Part shown: in pieces, positions 1-12,870 of the stretch
Layout of the letters: each line of letters begins with the position of its first letter
How positions within the stretch are numbered: position 1 is the stretch's first letter
Source of the DNA: Octopus sinensis
Lineage: Eukaryota
Assembly: GCF_006345805.1 (NCBI RefSeq)
Contig: NC_042998.1
Coordinates: forward strand, 93,062,001 to 93,126,000
DNA length: 64,000 bases
Direction of reading: 5' to 3'
Program-made: the position numbers and the translations under genes
Notes under the pieces: model-generated
The model's database searches: none
Told to the model about the DNA's origin: nothing
What the model saw: only the letters and a program-made list of their open reading frames with translations

Positions 1-1693
1 AAACACTCACTGTCTGTAACCATTTGACCATTTATATTACAGGTGCTCATATTATTAAACTTATAGCTAAATATTGCAACTCTTACTCACTTTTTCTAGA
101 ATATTAACAAAGGGCTGTAAGCCATAAAGAATCCTCTTAATTGCATCACATGGTTTCCTTTTTATCATAGAGTTATTTTTCATAAATAATTTTTTTCTTA
201 TTACCACACTGCTTAAAAGCAGCTTCCTAATGTCTATATAACAAGCTATTTATAGATGATAGTCTAAAGGTGACATAACAAATATTTTTATGTTGCCTCT
301 ATTTGACACCAGAGATTAATATTTGATAAGTTAAAGAAGACCAGTCAACAACATCTTAAGGTCAAATGCTTTCATAACGAAACCTTCATTGATATTTCAT
401 ATAAGATATGAAAGCAAATCAATACAAAGGAATTTTCTTCTGACCTGTGATATATGAAGTTGTATACTAATTGTTTACACACACTATCTTATTGAAGCTG
501 TCACCTCTTGTTGGCTATATTCATATATGCTTGTCTTATTATATTGCCTTGTAGCTCCAAAGATGACTAGATGCCTTTTTTTGTGTGTGTAGGAAAGTTA
601 TTTGAAAATATGTTATATGATGAATTATTACTTGCATAGCATTTTTATATATTTTCATATTTTTGTTTTGATGTGAATTCTTATTTAATTCTAAAAAATA
701 ATATTGTTTGTATAAGATATGCAAACGCCTCTCTTCCAAAAGTCAATTTCAAGCCTGTTGATGAATAGTGATGATAACAATAGTAATGATGAATATATAG
801 ATCAATTTTGTAAATTAGAACTTTAAAGTGTAGCCACTTTCTTCAATGTGTATCTATAGATTCTGCTTTGATCTTTATGAGATAACATTCTCGTATGTTA
901 TGAATGCAATAATATCATGCAGCAAAAATATATCAAAATATATCAAATCTGAAAATCACAGGCTACTTTCATGCTGTATACTCCTATTTCTCAATAGTAA
1001 CTATGTGTTACTTTTCAAGCTCTAACTCATTATTATCTCCATTCAGTTTTTACCTCTTACATAATATCATTTGGTTACTGATGTGAACACTTTAATTGAA
1101 ATCATTAGGATTCTTTTGAACCTCATAAAAACACACTCTACCTCACAATATAATAATTACTTTGATTTATCCACTATTCTTTGCAGTTCCATCAGTAAAT
1201 CAAGAGAATGTTATATAGAAAAATGTAAAATTCTCTCACACAAGAATTCTCCTAATCATTCATGTTTTTTATATTTTACACCATGGCAGAAAGAATAAAT
1301 CAATAGCAGTAAAGTGATCAATGCCATGCAACAACCAAAGGATTTGCAATTAGAAGAAAAAAATAAAGAAACTGAATTCATATTTTTAGTTACTTTTTAA
1401 CTTAATGCTATTTTTCAAAACTAATTAGGTGTCACTCCCTGGTTTTCCAATAAAACATCTATCATTACAAGATCCATGTTGGAGCATTCACAGATTCTTC
1501 CTTTATTAGAATTGCCCAAGGTTTGCTAACAAAACTAAGCCATCAGCTGCTTTTACTTAACACCTGTATAGGTTCCCCATTGTTGGAGCATCTCAAACGA
1601 AAGAAGGGTGCATTCTTTGAGGTCTCCCAAAAGATACATTGCTATTATATTAGTTTTGTAAAGCTAAAATTATTACGATAACATATTTTTTAA

Positions 1694-2094
1694 GTGGCTG
1701 TGTGGTAAGTAACTTGCTTACCAACCACATGGTTCTGGGTTCAGTCCCACTGTGTGGCACCTTGGGCAAGTATCTTCTACTATAGCCTCAGGCCAACCAA
1801 AGCCTTGTGAGTGGATTTGGTAGATGGAAACTGAAAGAAGCCTGTCGTATATATGTATACATATGTATGTGTGTGTGTGTGTTTGTGTGTCTGTGTTTGT
1901 CCCCCCAACATCACTTGACAACTGATGCTGGTGTGTTTACATCCCTGTAACTTAGCGGTTCAGAAAAAAAGAGACCAATAGAATAAGTACTCGGCTTACA
2001 AAGAATAAGTCCTGGGGTCGATTTACTCAACTAAAGGTGGTGCTCCAGCATGGCCACAGTCAAATGACTGAAACAAGTAAAAGAATAAAAGAAT
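1694..2094 (+). mobile_element. SINE family A, near full length (tRNA-like head, (TG)n middle)
   Basis: Head gtggctgtgtggtaag...ggttcagtccc and tail ...gactgaaacaagtaaaagaa recur at 4880-5180, 10685-11075(-), 12262-12870(-), 33055-33425, 43356-43735, 51000-51290(-), 63860-64000. Confidence 0.8.
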
Positions 2095-2770
2095 ATAGAA
2101 ACGTCTTGAAATAGAAAGATTATAATCATTCTTTACCTTATCATTTAATATCCATTTTCCATGTTGGCATGAGTTGGACAATGTATTTAAATTATTTATT
2201 CATTATTTTTGGTTAATGAGTTAGAATGAGTGATCATGTGCTTACTATCCTCTAGTTTGGTGCTATAAAATAGTGAGTTAAATTTTGATAGGTATTCTTC
2301 TTGCATTTGATCCCACTAGGGTTGATCAAGTACACAATTGTTGAATACTAACAACAATTCACCTGGTTATATCTGTTTCCCTAAACAAAAATTATTTTCT
2401 ACACAAATAATAATAATTTATGGTTAAAAAATACAAAAAATACCCACAAAGATGAGGTGAAAGAAAAACAAATAGAATGTATTAGTTTAATGCTCAAAAA
2501 TAAAAAATGGAAGAAGTTGCTAACAATTTAAGCTTATGCTCTTCTTTAGAATGGATAAATGAGGAGAGAAAAATGTATCTAAAATAAACAGTTAAGGCAT
2601 GCTGGAAAATAATATAGCTATTTTAAAAGTAATGTTTCCTAAGCATATAGTTTCAGGTTCATTTCTGTTTTCTATAAAAGCCCAAAGCTTTCTAATTAGA
2701 TTTGGTAAACAGCATATGTCTGTGTCTGTGTATCTGTGTATGTGACTATGTATGTGTATTTGTCTCCTTG

Positions 2771-3030
2771 TCCTGACACCACTCATTATTTGTTAACGAG
2801 TGTTTCCTTAATACAAACAATGCTGTTTAATCTTCCATGGAAACATATTTCAGCCTTGTGGAAAAAATACCTTGCTTGGAAACAGGTGAGGGTTAGTGAC
2901 AGGCAAGGCATTCAGCAATAGAAAATTTGTTCCATTGAATTCTGTTGGACTCAAAAGTGGAGGTTAAAATGATAATAATGATATTTTGAGAAACCTCTCT
3001 CATAATTATATTAGTAAAAAAATGCATATT
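2771..3030 (+). repeat. 260-bp direct repeat, copy 1 (SINE-like tail plus flank)
   Basis: About 8 mismatches versus 4240-4499 by manual alignment. Confidence 0.9.
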
Positions 3031-3852
3031 TAATTATATATAATTATATATAATTATATATAATATATAATTATATATATATGTATTGACAGTATATAGA
3101 CAAATGAACAGACAGAATAAAAGGAGCACTCAATATGTTGTTTCAAGAATTTTTGTTTATTTTTCTTAACTGTTTGACTCAGAACAGCATTACTTAATAT
3201 AAACATTCAGCTTGAAGGGAAAATAGTTGCAACTTGTGAACAAACTGAAAGTTTACCACAAGCTGGTGTGAAGGATGGTGGTGAGTAATAAACTGAACTT
3301 TTCAACTGCCAAAGGTGACAGTAGTTAGAAAGGTTAGATATGAATTTGAAGGAAAATTTATGCACAACTTCAAAGTGATAAGTGTTATTAATTTCAAGTG
3401 AAAATAAGATAGATGAGTTGTTCTTTGTTCTCTTAGCTGACTTTGGTGTTAATACTGTGGCCATACTGGAGCACCATCATAAAGTATCTTTGTAAGTTAT
3501 CTGGATCTCAGTATTTAGTCATGTGCTATTTTGCTCCCTATTTAGTGAATGGTTAAGTTCAACTATTGAGTTGTACTCCTTTGCATAGCATTAATGATGT
3601 AAATAAAAGACATTATTTAAACATATTTTACACAAGCACACATGCACAGATGTACATGTCTCATATACATTTATATATACATAACCGAAGAGATGGTGTT
3701 GTGGATTTCCACTTTGGCATCCAAAACTCAGTGTTTTATCTTGGCTATTGAATAATGGTAACATATTAATTTACAGATAAATTTCCTCTATTTACATAAT
3801 ATTGAGGTCTCTTTCTTTCTTTTGTTATCTTACCATTTTTACCAATATATAT

Positions 3853-3900
<48 letters not shown>

Positions 3901-4239
3901 TTATATACCCACCCCTATTCTCCTTTTTTTGGGAGGGAATAGCCACAACAAGACACACACCAGGCATTCCATTCATTTCCCAGCTCAAAGATGCAAGTAC
4001 CGTTCTATGTTCAAGTCAAAGTATAGAACACAACCCTCACTATCAGCAGTGGGGCTTGTCACATCATGCTGTTTTTGTACCCCTTTGAGCAAACCTGGAA
4101 GTATGTATAATACTACTACTGGATAGCACAAGGTAAATCTGAAGTTGGACAAGCTTTATACTGTACTCTACTACATTCTTAACAGAATCTACCATAACTA
4201 TATATATATATATATCATTGAAAAGATCAGAATCACCCA

Positions 4240-4499
4240 TCCTGGCACCACTAATTATTTGTTAACGAGTGTTTTCTTAATACAAACAATGCTATTCAAT
4301 CTTCCATGGAAACATATTTCACCCTTGTGGAAAAAATACCTTGCTTGGAAACAGGTAAGGGTTAGTGACAGGCAAGGCATTCAGCAATAGAAAATTTGTT
4401 CCATTGAATTCTGTTGGACTCAAAAGTGGAGGTTAAAATGATAATAATGATATTTTGAGAAACCTCTCTCATAATCATATTAGTAAAAAAATGCATATT
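4240..4499 (+). repeat. 260-bp direct repeat, copy 2
   Basis: Matches 2771-3030 at offset 1469. Confidence 0.9.
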
Positions 4500-4631
4500 A
4501 TTATTAGTTTGTCAGTCATTGTCAGAGATGTACAGGGATATCACATGGGAGAAAAAGATGGATCTACTAACGATAGACATTTATTTTTTAATCACTACAA
4601 TTGTTTTAGCACAGTCTTGTTCTCCAGGTGT

Positions 4632-4751
4632 GCAGGTACTTGATTATGCAACTATTTCCCTGCATTATGAGATCTAGTTGCATTTTCTCACCTGAGGAAA
4701 CACAACTAGATCTCATAATACAGGGCAACAGTTGCATAATCAAGTACTTGC
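4632..4751. repeat. ~120-nt near-perfect hairpin
   Basis: gcaggtacttgattatgcaact...gagatctagttg pairs with caactagatctc...agttgcataatcaagtacttgc; ~4-nt loop. Confidence 0.85.
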
Positions 4752-4879
4752 TTAATCAGGTATTTGCACACCTCATCAATTTGTTCAACTAAAGCTCTTT
4801 AAAGCAGTGCTCCAGCATGGCTGCCATCAAATGACTGAGGCAAGTAAAAGAATAGAAGAATATTTATGCCTTGAGAGTA

Positions 4880-5180
4880 AAGTTTGGTAGACAGAAACTG
4901 TGTGGAAACCCATCCTGTACTTATATGTGTGTGTGTGCATGTATGTGTGTGCATGTATGTGTGTCTGTGTGTGTCTTTGTGTATGTGTTTGTCGCCCATG
5001 TCTACTTGACAACTAATGTTGGTTTATTTACACCCAGATAACTTAGCAGTTCAGCAGTAGAGACAGAAGTGGTACCAGATTTTAAAAAATAAATATTGGG
5101 GTTGATTCCATCTGCTGAAAACTATCAAGGTAGTGCACCAGCATGACCAGTGTCTAATGGCTGAAACCAGTAAAAGATAA
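4880..5180 (+). mobile_element. SINE family A, diverged partial copy
   Basis: gtagacagaaact...(TG)n...gacaactaatgttgg...ccagcatgacc...gaaaccagtaaaagataa. Confidence 0.7.
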
Positions 5181-5191
5181 TATATATACAT

Positions 5192-5274
<83 letters not shown>

Positions 5275-5673
5275 TCAAATGAAATAAAAAAACAGAACAC
5301 AAAGGATGTCGCAGTACACGTGTTTCAAGCTTTATACAACAACCTATTCTTACATCAATGTAGGACGGATTTTTGAAGTCCAATGATACTCTACATACAC
5401 ACACATATATATATATATATATATGAGATTCAGTTGAATTAGGTACTTAAATTGAGGCACCTTGTTAGATCGGAATAATATACAATCACAACAATATTAA
5501 GTAAATATTAAACCTGGTACATAAGTACTGGCTGAATGATATTCTTGCAGATTATGTAGACAATTAGACCTAGCTGAGTGAAGAAATCCGCTCTTGAGCT
5601 AATCAGACATGTACATTATATTAAATATACTGTTGATAATATTTATGAGGGCCAATTCCGAGACAAGTGAATA

Positions 5674-6058
5674 AAATATAAATGAGTAACAGTAGAGGTA
5701 CAGGTGTCAATCTGTTATGGCCATTTGCAATGACTCCTTTAATTGATTAATGAAAACATTGCATCATAAAGAAACCATTTTTGTCAAATGAATTCATGAA
5801 CTTCAAAATAAAGGACATTCAGAATGATTTAACATAATTTAAAATCCACAGAGCTGAAACATTTACAGGGATTCTGTTACTATTTCAGTTGCCAAGTGAA
5901 ATAGTATCAGAATCAGTGTATTTTGAAGTTCATGAATTCATTTGATGAAAACGGGTTCTTGACAATGATGTAATGTTTTCATGAATCAATTAAAGGAATC
6001 ATTAGAAACAGCTGTAATGGAGTGACACCTGTACCTCTACTGTTACACATTTATATTA
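5674..6058. repeat. Foldback element (~140-bp arms) carrying a decayed hammerhead-like motif
   Basis: Arms 5674-5810 and 5919-6058 are reverse complements; + arm has TTGATGA...GAAACAGCTGTA at 5942-6016. Confidence 0.8.
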
Positions 6059-7473
6059 TATATCTATAAATATATATACAATACAGATATAGGGTGAAAT
6101 ATAATTGATTTAATAAAATCAACAAATTTCACCTCTTTGGCTGCTATTTCTAATAGTTTCGGTATGTGGTTTAAGCAACTTGTTGCAAAAACCCTTATTA
6201 TTATAAATATATACATATATTATATATAATTCATATTTTATATATATATATATATATCATTATCTTCATCATCATTTAATGTCCCTTTTCCAATACTTGC
6301 ATAGGTTGAACAGTTTCAAATGAATGGACAATACAGAGGAAAGAGAGAGAGAGGGGGGAGGGGAGGAGAGAGAGGGCAGGAGAGAGGGAGGGAGAGAGAT
6401 GTGAGGTTAAGGTACAAGGTGAATATGAAAGACAAAAAAAAAGGTAGAGGAGCAGAAAAAGGTAGATGTGTAGGTAAGTGCACTAGAGTGAGAATAATGT
6501 GACAGATGAATATGGAGAGGGAATGAGTTGGGTGCATCATCATCATCATCATTATCATCATCATCATTTAACCTCCTCCTTTCATGCTGGCATGGGTTGA
6601 ACAGTTTGACAGGAGCTGACCAGGTGGGAACTGCACCAAACTTCTGTATCTGTTTTGGCATATTTTATATGGCTGGATGTCCTTCCTAACACCAACCATC
6701 CAGGAGAGTGGACTGAGTGCAGAGAATGTCAATTCAGCAGAGGAGGAGTGACGGAAGGAAATAGGGTAATAGGGAAGACTGATGAAAGACAGGTGTTAGA
6801 AGATGTACTGTGGTGAAGGTTTGATAGAATGCAATTTTTGATGAGATGGGCAAATATTTTCAAGCTCAGCATATTGCCATTCCTCTTGATACCTTTTCCT
6901 CTTTTCTCTGAGGTTTAACTTCTTGGGGTCACTTTTCCCCACTTCATTCTACATCTTTCTGTGTGTGTTTGTGTGTGTGTGTATGTGCAACAAAATCCCC
7001 ATAAATTAGTACTTTCTTGAGCAAGTCCTAACCCTTATTAAAACTAGAATCTTCAATGGAGGACAACTCTGAAACAATAACAAAATATAAAAGATTCTCA
7101 ATGAGAAAACAAATACAAAGAAACAAACATAGCATATGTATACATCCCATCCTCACTACCAAACAGATATCATTATTATTTTGACACCTGGGCAGTACCA
7201 TTCAATCCAGCAGTCTCAAGAACATCACAATATAAACACTGCTTAAGAACAGACAAAAGGCAGAGGTCAAACATAAACTCAATGTGTTCATTAAGCTGAT
7301 ATCTCCTTGTGTGTGTGTGTACTTTATGACTTTGCTTTGGCATCATGATACTAGTAATCAGTTGTTAGCATATATTTATGCTTTAGTGTTAAGAGTCAGG
7401 AGCATAATAGCAATTAATGAATGACAGAAGAGGAATAACATTATGACTTTATTTACATTTGTATATGTATAGA

Positions 7474-7639
<166 letters not shown>

Positions 7640-7936
7640 TGGGTGTGTGTTTGTGTATGTGTATGGAGTGCATATATGTATATGCATGTATATGTGTTTG
7701 TGTATATCAGTGTAAAAATCTGTGGAAATAATTTCTTATGTACCTCCCTTGAAGCATTCTAACTTCATAGTTTGTTGAAGATAAATAAAATGAACCCAAG
7801 ACTACAAATGCTGAGGTCAATATAGTTGAATAAGACTTCATTATGTACAGCAGAAGCGGTATTAGTTTAAAGTAGCAACCTTTGTAGCATACTTAAAGCA
7901 GATGCATTGTTGAAATCCTAACTTACTGCTGTACTC

Positions 7937-8509
7937 ATCATCATCAACATCATCATCATCATCATCGTTTAACGTCCATTCTCCATGCTAGCATGGGTTG
8001 GACGGTTCGACCGGGGATCTGGGAAGCCAGAAGGCTGCACCAGGCTCCAGTCTTATCTGGCAATGTTTCTACAGCTAGATGCCCTTCCTAACGCCAACCA
8101 CTCCGTGAGTGTAGTGGGTGCTTTTTACGTGCCACCTGCACAGGTGCCAGGTGAGGCTGGCAACGGCCACGGTCGGATTGGTGTATTTTACGTGCCACCG
8201 GCACGGAAGCCAGTCGAGGTGGTGCTGGCATTGGTCACGAGTCGGATAGTGCTTTTTACGTACCACCAGACCAGGGATCCTGGCTGGTTCAATTCGATTT
8301 CGATTTCGCTTTCGCTTGCCCCAACATGTCTTCGCAAGCAAAGGGGGTTGGCATGGGTGCCTGTCGTCGGATGAGGTTCTATAACGACTTCGCTTGCCTC
8401 AACAGGTCTTTGTGTCCAAGGGAGGAAAGGCATTCATAAGTGGGCTGGGCTCACTTGTCCTGCCTGGTCTTCTCACGTACAGCATATTTCCAAAGGTCTC
8501 GGTCGCTGG
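7937..8509 (-). mobile_element. RTE-clade LINE 3' end with (GAT)n tail
   Basis: Reverse complement matches the 3' UTR and tail of the RTE copy at 36800-37480 (aagaccc..caag..aagtgag, gcatgg..ggacgttaaacgatgatgat). Confidence 0.75.
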
Positions 8510-10684
8510 ATAATATCTCTAATACATGTATAGTGCTAAAAACACACACACATGTACCAGTAACAGTTGAAAAAATTATCCAGCAGCTGTGATTTGTTGT
8601 TATGCTCCAGCATGGTCATGAACCCATCACTGAAACTGGTAAAAGAACAAAATGCCATCCATTTTATATTGACTTAAATCTTAATATTGGTTATCACTTT
8701 GAGGTTGTGTATAAATTTTCCTTCAAATCGATTTCTAACCTTTCTAGCTACTGTCACCTTTGGCAGTTGTAAAGTTCAACTTACTACCCATCGCCATCCA
8801 TCACACCAGTTTGTTCACAAGTTGTAACTATTTTTCCTTCAAGCTAAATGTTTTATAAAAAGAAAAATACAGAGCAATAAATACTTATCATTGTATAGAG
8901 AACAAAAACAAATAAATCTGTTTAAATAGTTAATTAATTAATTGAAATAAGAGAGTTTTATAAAAGATTTCAATCATTGAACATTTACTTTCATGTTTAC
9001 AAAATTAGCAATTAATTAAGTGTTTTTTGAAGACATCAATATTTTGCACTAGCTGTGAAAAGATTTGCAACTTACCATGCTGAAAGGAATCGTCAAATAT
9101 ATTCGTTAGACAATTCAATAATGAAAAATTGATTAATTGAAAGAATCAGAGATGTTCAAAAGGATTATGAGTTGGAATAATTAAAATTTAAGAGTAGTGC
9201 TTGTCTGGCAACTGACTTGATCTAAGGCCATATGTTGACACTGAAGCAACTAGATTGTGGGAGATTTGTTCTAACCATTTAAAACCACACAAAGATGTTA
9301 AACTTTAAATACATTCATATTTCAAATCTACTATCATTTTCAATGCTCTCTTATAGGCACCCTCATGTCCCACTCACAATAGCTACTCTTCTGTACCTTT
9401 ATATCTCTCTCCCCACCATTCCTACACCTTGTACATAATCTCCTTACTTTCTGGTCTATCTTCCTTCCCAAGCCACTTCTCCCTCTCCCGTTTTATCATC
9501 TCTGGTATTTATCATTAAACACATTTCCACCTTTGTTCATCACTTGCTACATTCACCTTTAACTTCCATCTCTGACCATCAGTCACTCCTCACACTTTTA
9601 AGAAACTACCTATTTTCCCCTTATCCACTGTCAATATCCTTTCTTATACTCATCTTGGACTTTGAAGGTCTGCTCTGGCACCCCTTCACCACCATTTTAT
9701 CTTCCCAGTTTCTCCCAGCCACCCTCATAAAATGCAGGGCAACCATGTGTATTTTCTGTAGCAAGATACTTGTGCTTGTCTCTCTATCATACTTTAGTCT
9801 CTCAACACCTTGCTCCCCCACCTCCAACACTTAATCGAGGGAGGCTTTCCTTTTTAATTTTCCTGAACTAGTGCTGGTAGTATAAGAAAAGCACCTAGTA
9901 CACACTGTAAAGCACTGGCATTAAGAAGGGCATCCAACTATCTTCCATAGAAATCATGCCAAAGTTGACACTGGAACTTGACGCAACCTGTGGCTTGCCC
10001 AATCCTGTCAAACTATCCAACCTATACCAGCATATAAAATGGACGTTAAATAACACGATGATGATGAGGTGTCAAAGTTTCCATTGCAAAACTGCAATGT
10101 GGTCACTGATGCAATTCCACTGCAACTGATATTAAGTTCATCATAAACTTTGTTATATTATTTCTAGGCATTTAGGTTCTTTTTATAAGTTGTTTTGTCA
10201 TGTGAGATTGCGAGTGATGTTAGCAATCAAAGAAATCCATTCGTTCCAGTAAACTCTGAAGCCCCATGAGTTTTCTTGGAAAATACAACAGTGGTTTCCC
10301 CATGTTGTCTGCTTGTTTATTTACAGTTTACTCTGCTGGTCTCTCATTTCCCTAAGCTTTTGCTTGTGACATAAGGCTTATTTAAGCATGAAACAAAAGG
10401 GGTTGGTTCATATGACATCAGAGTATGTCCATACATCTATGGGCCAACATGACACCTATCTAGAAGCCAGTCCTTTTCTAAGGCTTATATGCCACGAATC
10501 TATCTCCAGGTGTTTTCCTTAAAGCAGTGTCCTTGAGAGATGCTACTACCCAAGAGTAGTAGTGACCAAGGGGTAACTCTATACTTCCTCAAACACCTGA
10601 ACTCCTTAACTGGAGCCTCATTACTGGATGCAGATTAATATATTACCCAGGACTTATAACCATAGAAATAAATAGTAATAAATC

Positions 10685-10880
10685 TTTTATCTTTCACTTG
10701 TTTCAGTCATTAGGGCGTTGAAGAATTTTAGTCTAATGAATCAGCACCACTACTTAATTTTTATTTTTAAGCCTGGCAGTTATTCTATTAATTTCCTTTT
10801 TTTTCTAAACTGCTAAGTTACGGGGATATAAACACACCAAGTTTTCAAATGGTGGTGCAGTACAAACACAGACACAAACA

Positions 10881-10919
<39 letters not shown>

Positions 10920-11075
10920 ACAATGGGCTTCTTTCATTTCTCGAAGACCAAATCTACTCACAAGGCTTTGGTCAGCACAAAACTAAGGTAGAAGACACTC
11001 GCCCAAAGTTCCGCACATTGAGACTGAACCCAGAACTTTGTTGTTGGTAAGCAAACTTTTTACTACACAGCCATG
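10685..11075 (-). mobile_element. SINE family A
   Basis: Reverse complement of the 1694-2094 family, with a (CA)n core. Confidence 0.7.
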
Positions 11076-12261
11076 TTTTACAAGTAGTATCACACATAAA
11101 CAGACAGTATTACAATGTACTACAACACTTTTCAAAACTTTTAGTGCCCATTTTCACCAAATTAATTTATATGTAATAAATATCTTAATTGATTGATAAA
11201 TTTTCTTATCGGTTCAAATTCATTACAAAATTCAAAATTTATTAAAAAAAAAAAAATCACCAGAGTTTAAGCTGTCAATATTTACCATTGAAGTGATTAA
11301 GGTAATTTGTCATTGTGATTATGGTAGGAATTGCTGTATTTTTCCTTTTTCAACAAATTTTATCGGTGACTTTGAAATTTAAATTATGATAAATTTCATG
11401 ACAAAGTTGCCAAACAGTTTTAAGGTGGAATAGTGTAAAGAAACAAAACATGACAAAAAAAAAACAACAAAAAATAAAAACAATTTGATGCCACGCTGGC
11501 TATCAATTTATAGTTCACTGACATATAATCGATGTGTTAATCATTTTGATAATTTGGTTGAATTACAAATATTAAATGCAACAAGAGCTTCGTAAGTAAT
11601 TTTTGTTTCTACTACTAGTCTTCAAACTCTTTAAATTCTGAGTTCAAAATCCTGCTGAGATTGATTTTGTCTTTCATCCTTTCAGGGTTGATAAAATAAG
11701 AGGAGAACTGGGGTTGATGTAATCAACTATCCCACTCCCCTAAAAAAAGCATTGCTGGCCTTGTTTCAAAATTTGAAACCATTTTTCCTTCTCTGTGATG
11801 ATACAAAAATCTGCAAAAAGGAAATTCATTGTTTTGAACATATTCTTCTTTGGACAGAAGAATTCTCAATTTTTAGTAAGAGAATTTTAGTGAATTGGGA
11901 AATGCAAGCACAGGGCCACCCTGCTTGGCAAAGCTGCACCAGCAGCAATGCTGCCCCACTATCCTCTGAACAAAACAAGATTGCAGGAATGCAAAGAAAA
12001 CATGAACTGTATATGTCAAGATCCAGCTCCTTTCCTTCAGTTCCAACAGACCACCAATTCAAAACAGGCATTCATTAGGTAAATCCATGAATGAAAGAAA
12101 AGTGGTAATATCTATTAGTAGAATTGATTCTTTTAATTGGATTTTTACTTAGATTTCTCCTCCCTTTCTTGACAAAATGAATGCCAACCACTTTACAGAG
12201 TGTACTGGGTGCTTCACATGAGACACTGGCACAGGTGCATTTACGTGGCACCATTGTAGAT

Positions 12262-12870
12262 GCTTATTCTTTGTAAGCTTAGTACTTATTCTATGAATCC
12301 CTTTTGCTGAACTGCTAAGTTACAGGGACATAAACACACCAACATCTGTTATCAAGCAATGATGGTGGAGGGGGACAAACACAGACACAAAGATCCACAC
12401 ACATAAATATATATATATATATATATATAAAAATGAAAGAATGGAGTCGAATGACGATTTAACAAAATTCCTTTATTCTCGACATATGTTTCGAAGACTG
12501 CATATTCCTAATTCCGAAGGAATAAGGGGTGCATTATGCCGCCTTCTCATCAGGAAAGACAAGGAATTTATGTCAGCATCATGATGAACAAAGACTTTTA
12601 GATGACTGCCCACACGGAGTTCATAGTCATAATGAGTGTTTCTTTAAAATATTCTGTTATAAGCATATAAAATATTCCGTTATATATATATACACGCACA
12701 CACATATATCTATACATACATGATGGGCTTCTTTACCATATCCACTCACAAGGCTTTGGTTGGCCTGAGGCTATAGCTGAATCCACTTGTCCAAGGTGAC
12801 ACACAGTGGGATTGAACCTGGAATCATGTAGTTGGGAAGTAAGCTTTTACCAGACATCTGTGCCTGCACC
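12262..12870 (-). mobile_element. SINE family A, split at its (TA)n tract by a 250-bp insertion (12429-12680)
   Basis: SINE tail at 12262-12410 and head at 12700-12870; the intervening sequence is unrelated and flanked by TA on both sides. Confidence 0.75.
12464..12569 (-). ncRNA. Type-I hammerhead ribozyme, canonical core, GUC cleavage triplet
   Basis: Minus strand: UUUC-CUGAUGA-GAAGGC[long insert]GUCUUC-GAAA-CAUAUG-UC-GAGA; helix I extended by AAAUUCCUU/AAGGAAUUU; helix III is the palindrome ACAUAUGU. Confidence 0.85.

Noticed and set aside
6090-6210. TA-flanked segment with CCGAAACUAUUA on the minus strand
   Set aside because: No CUGANGA-like core or helix II upstream.
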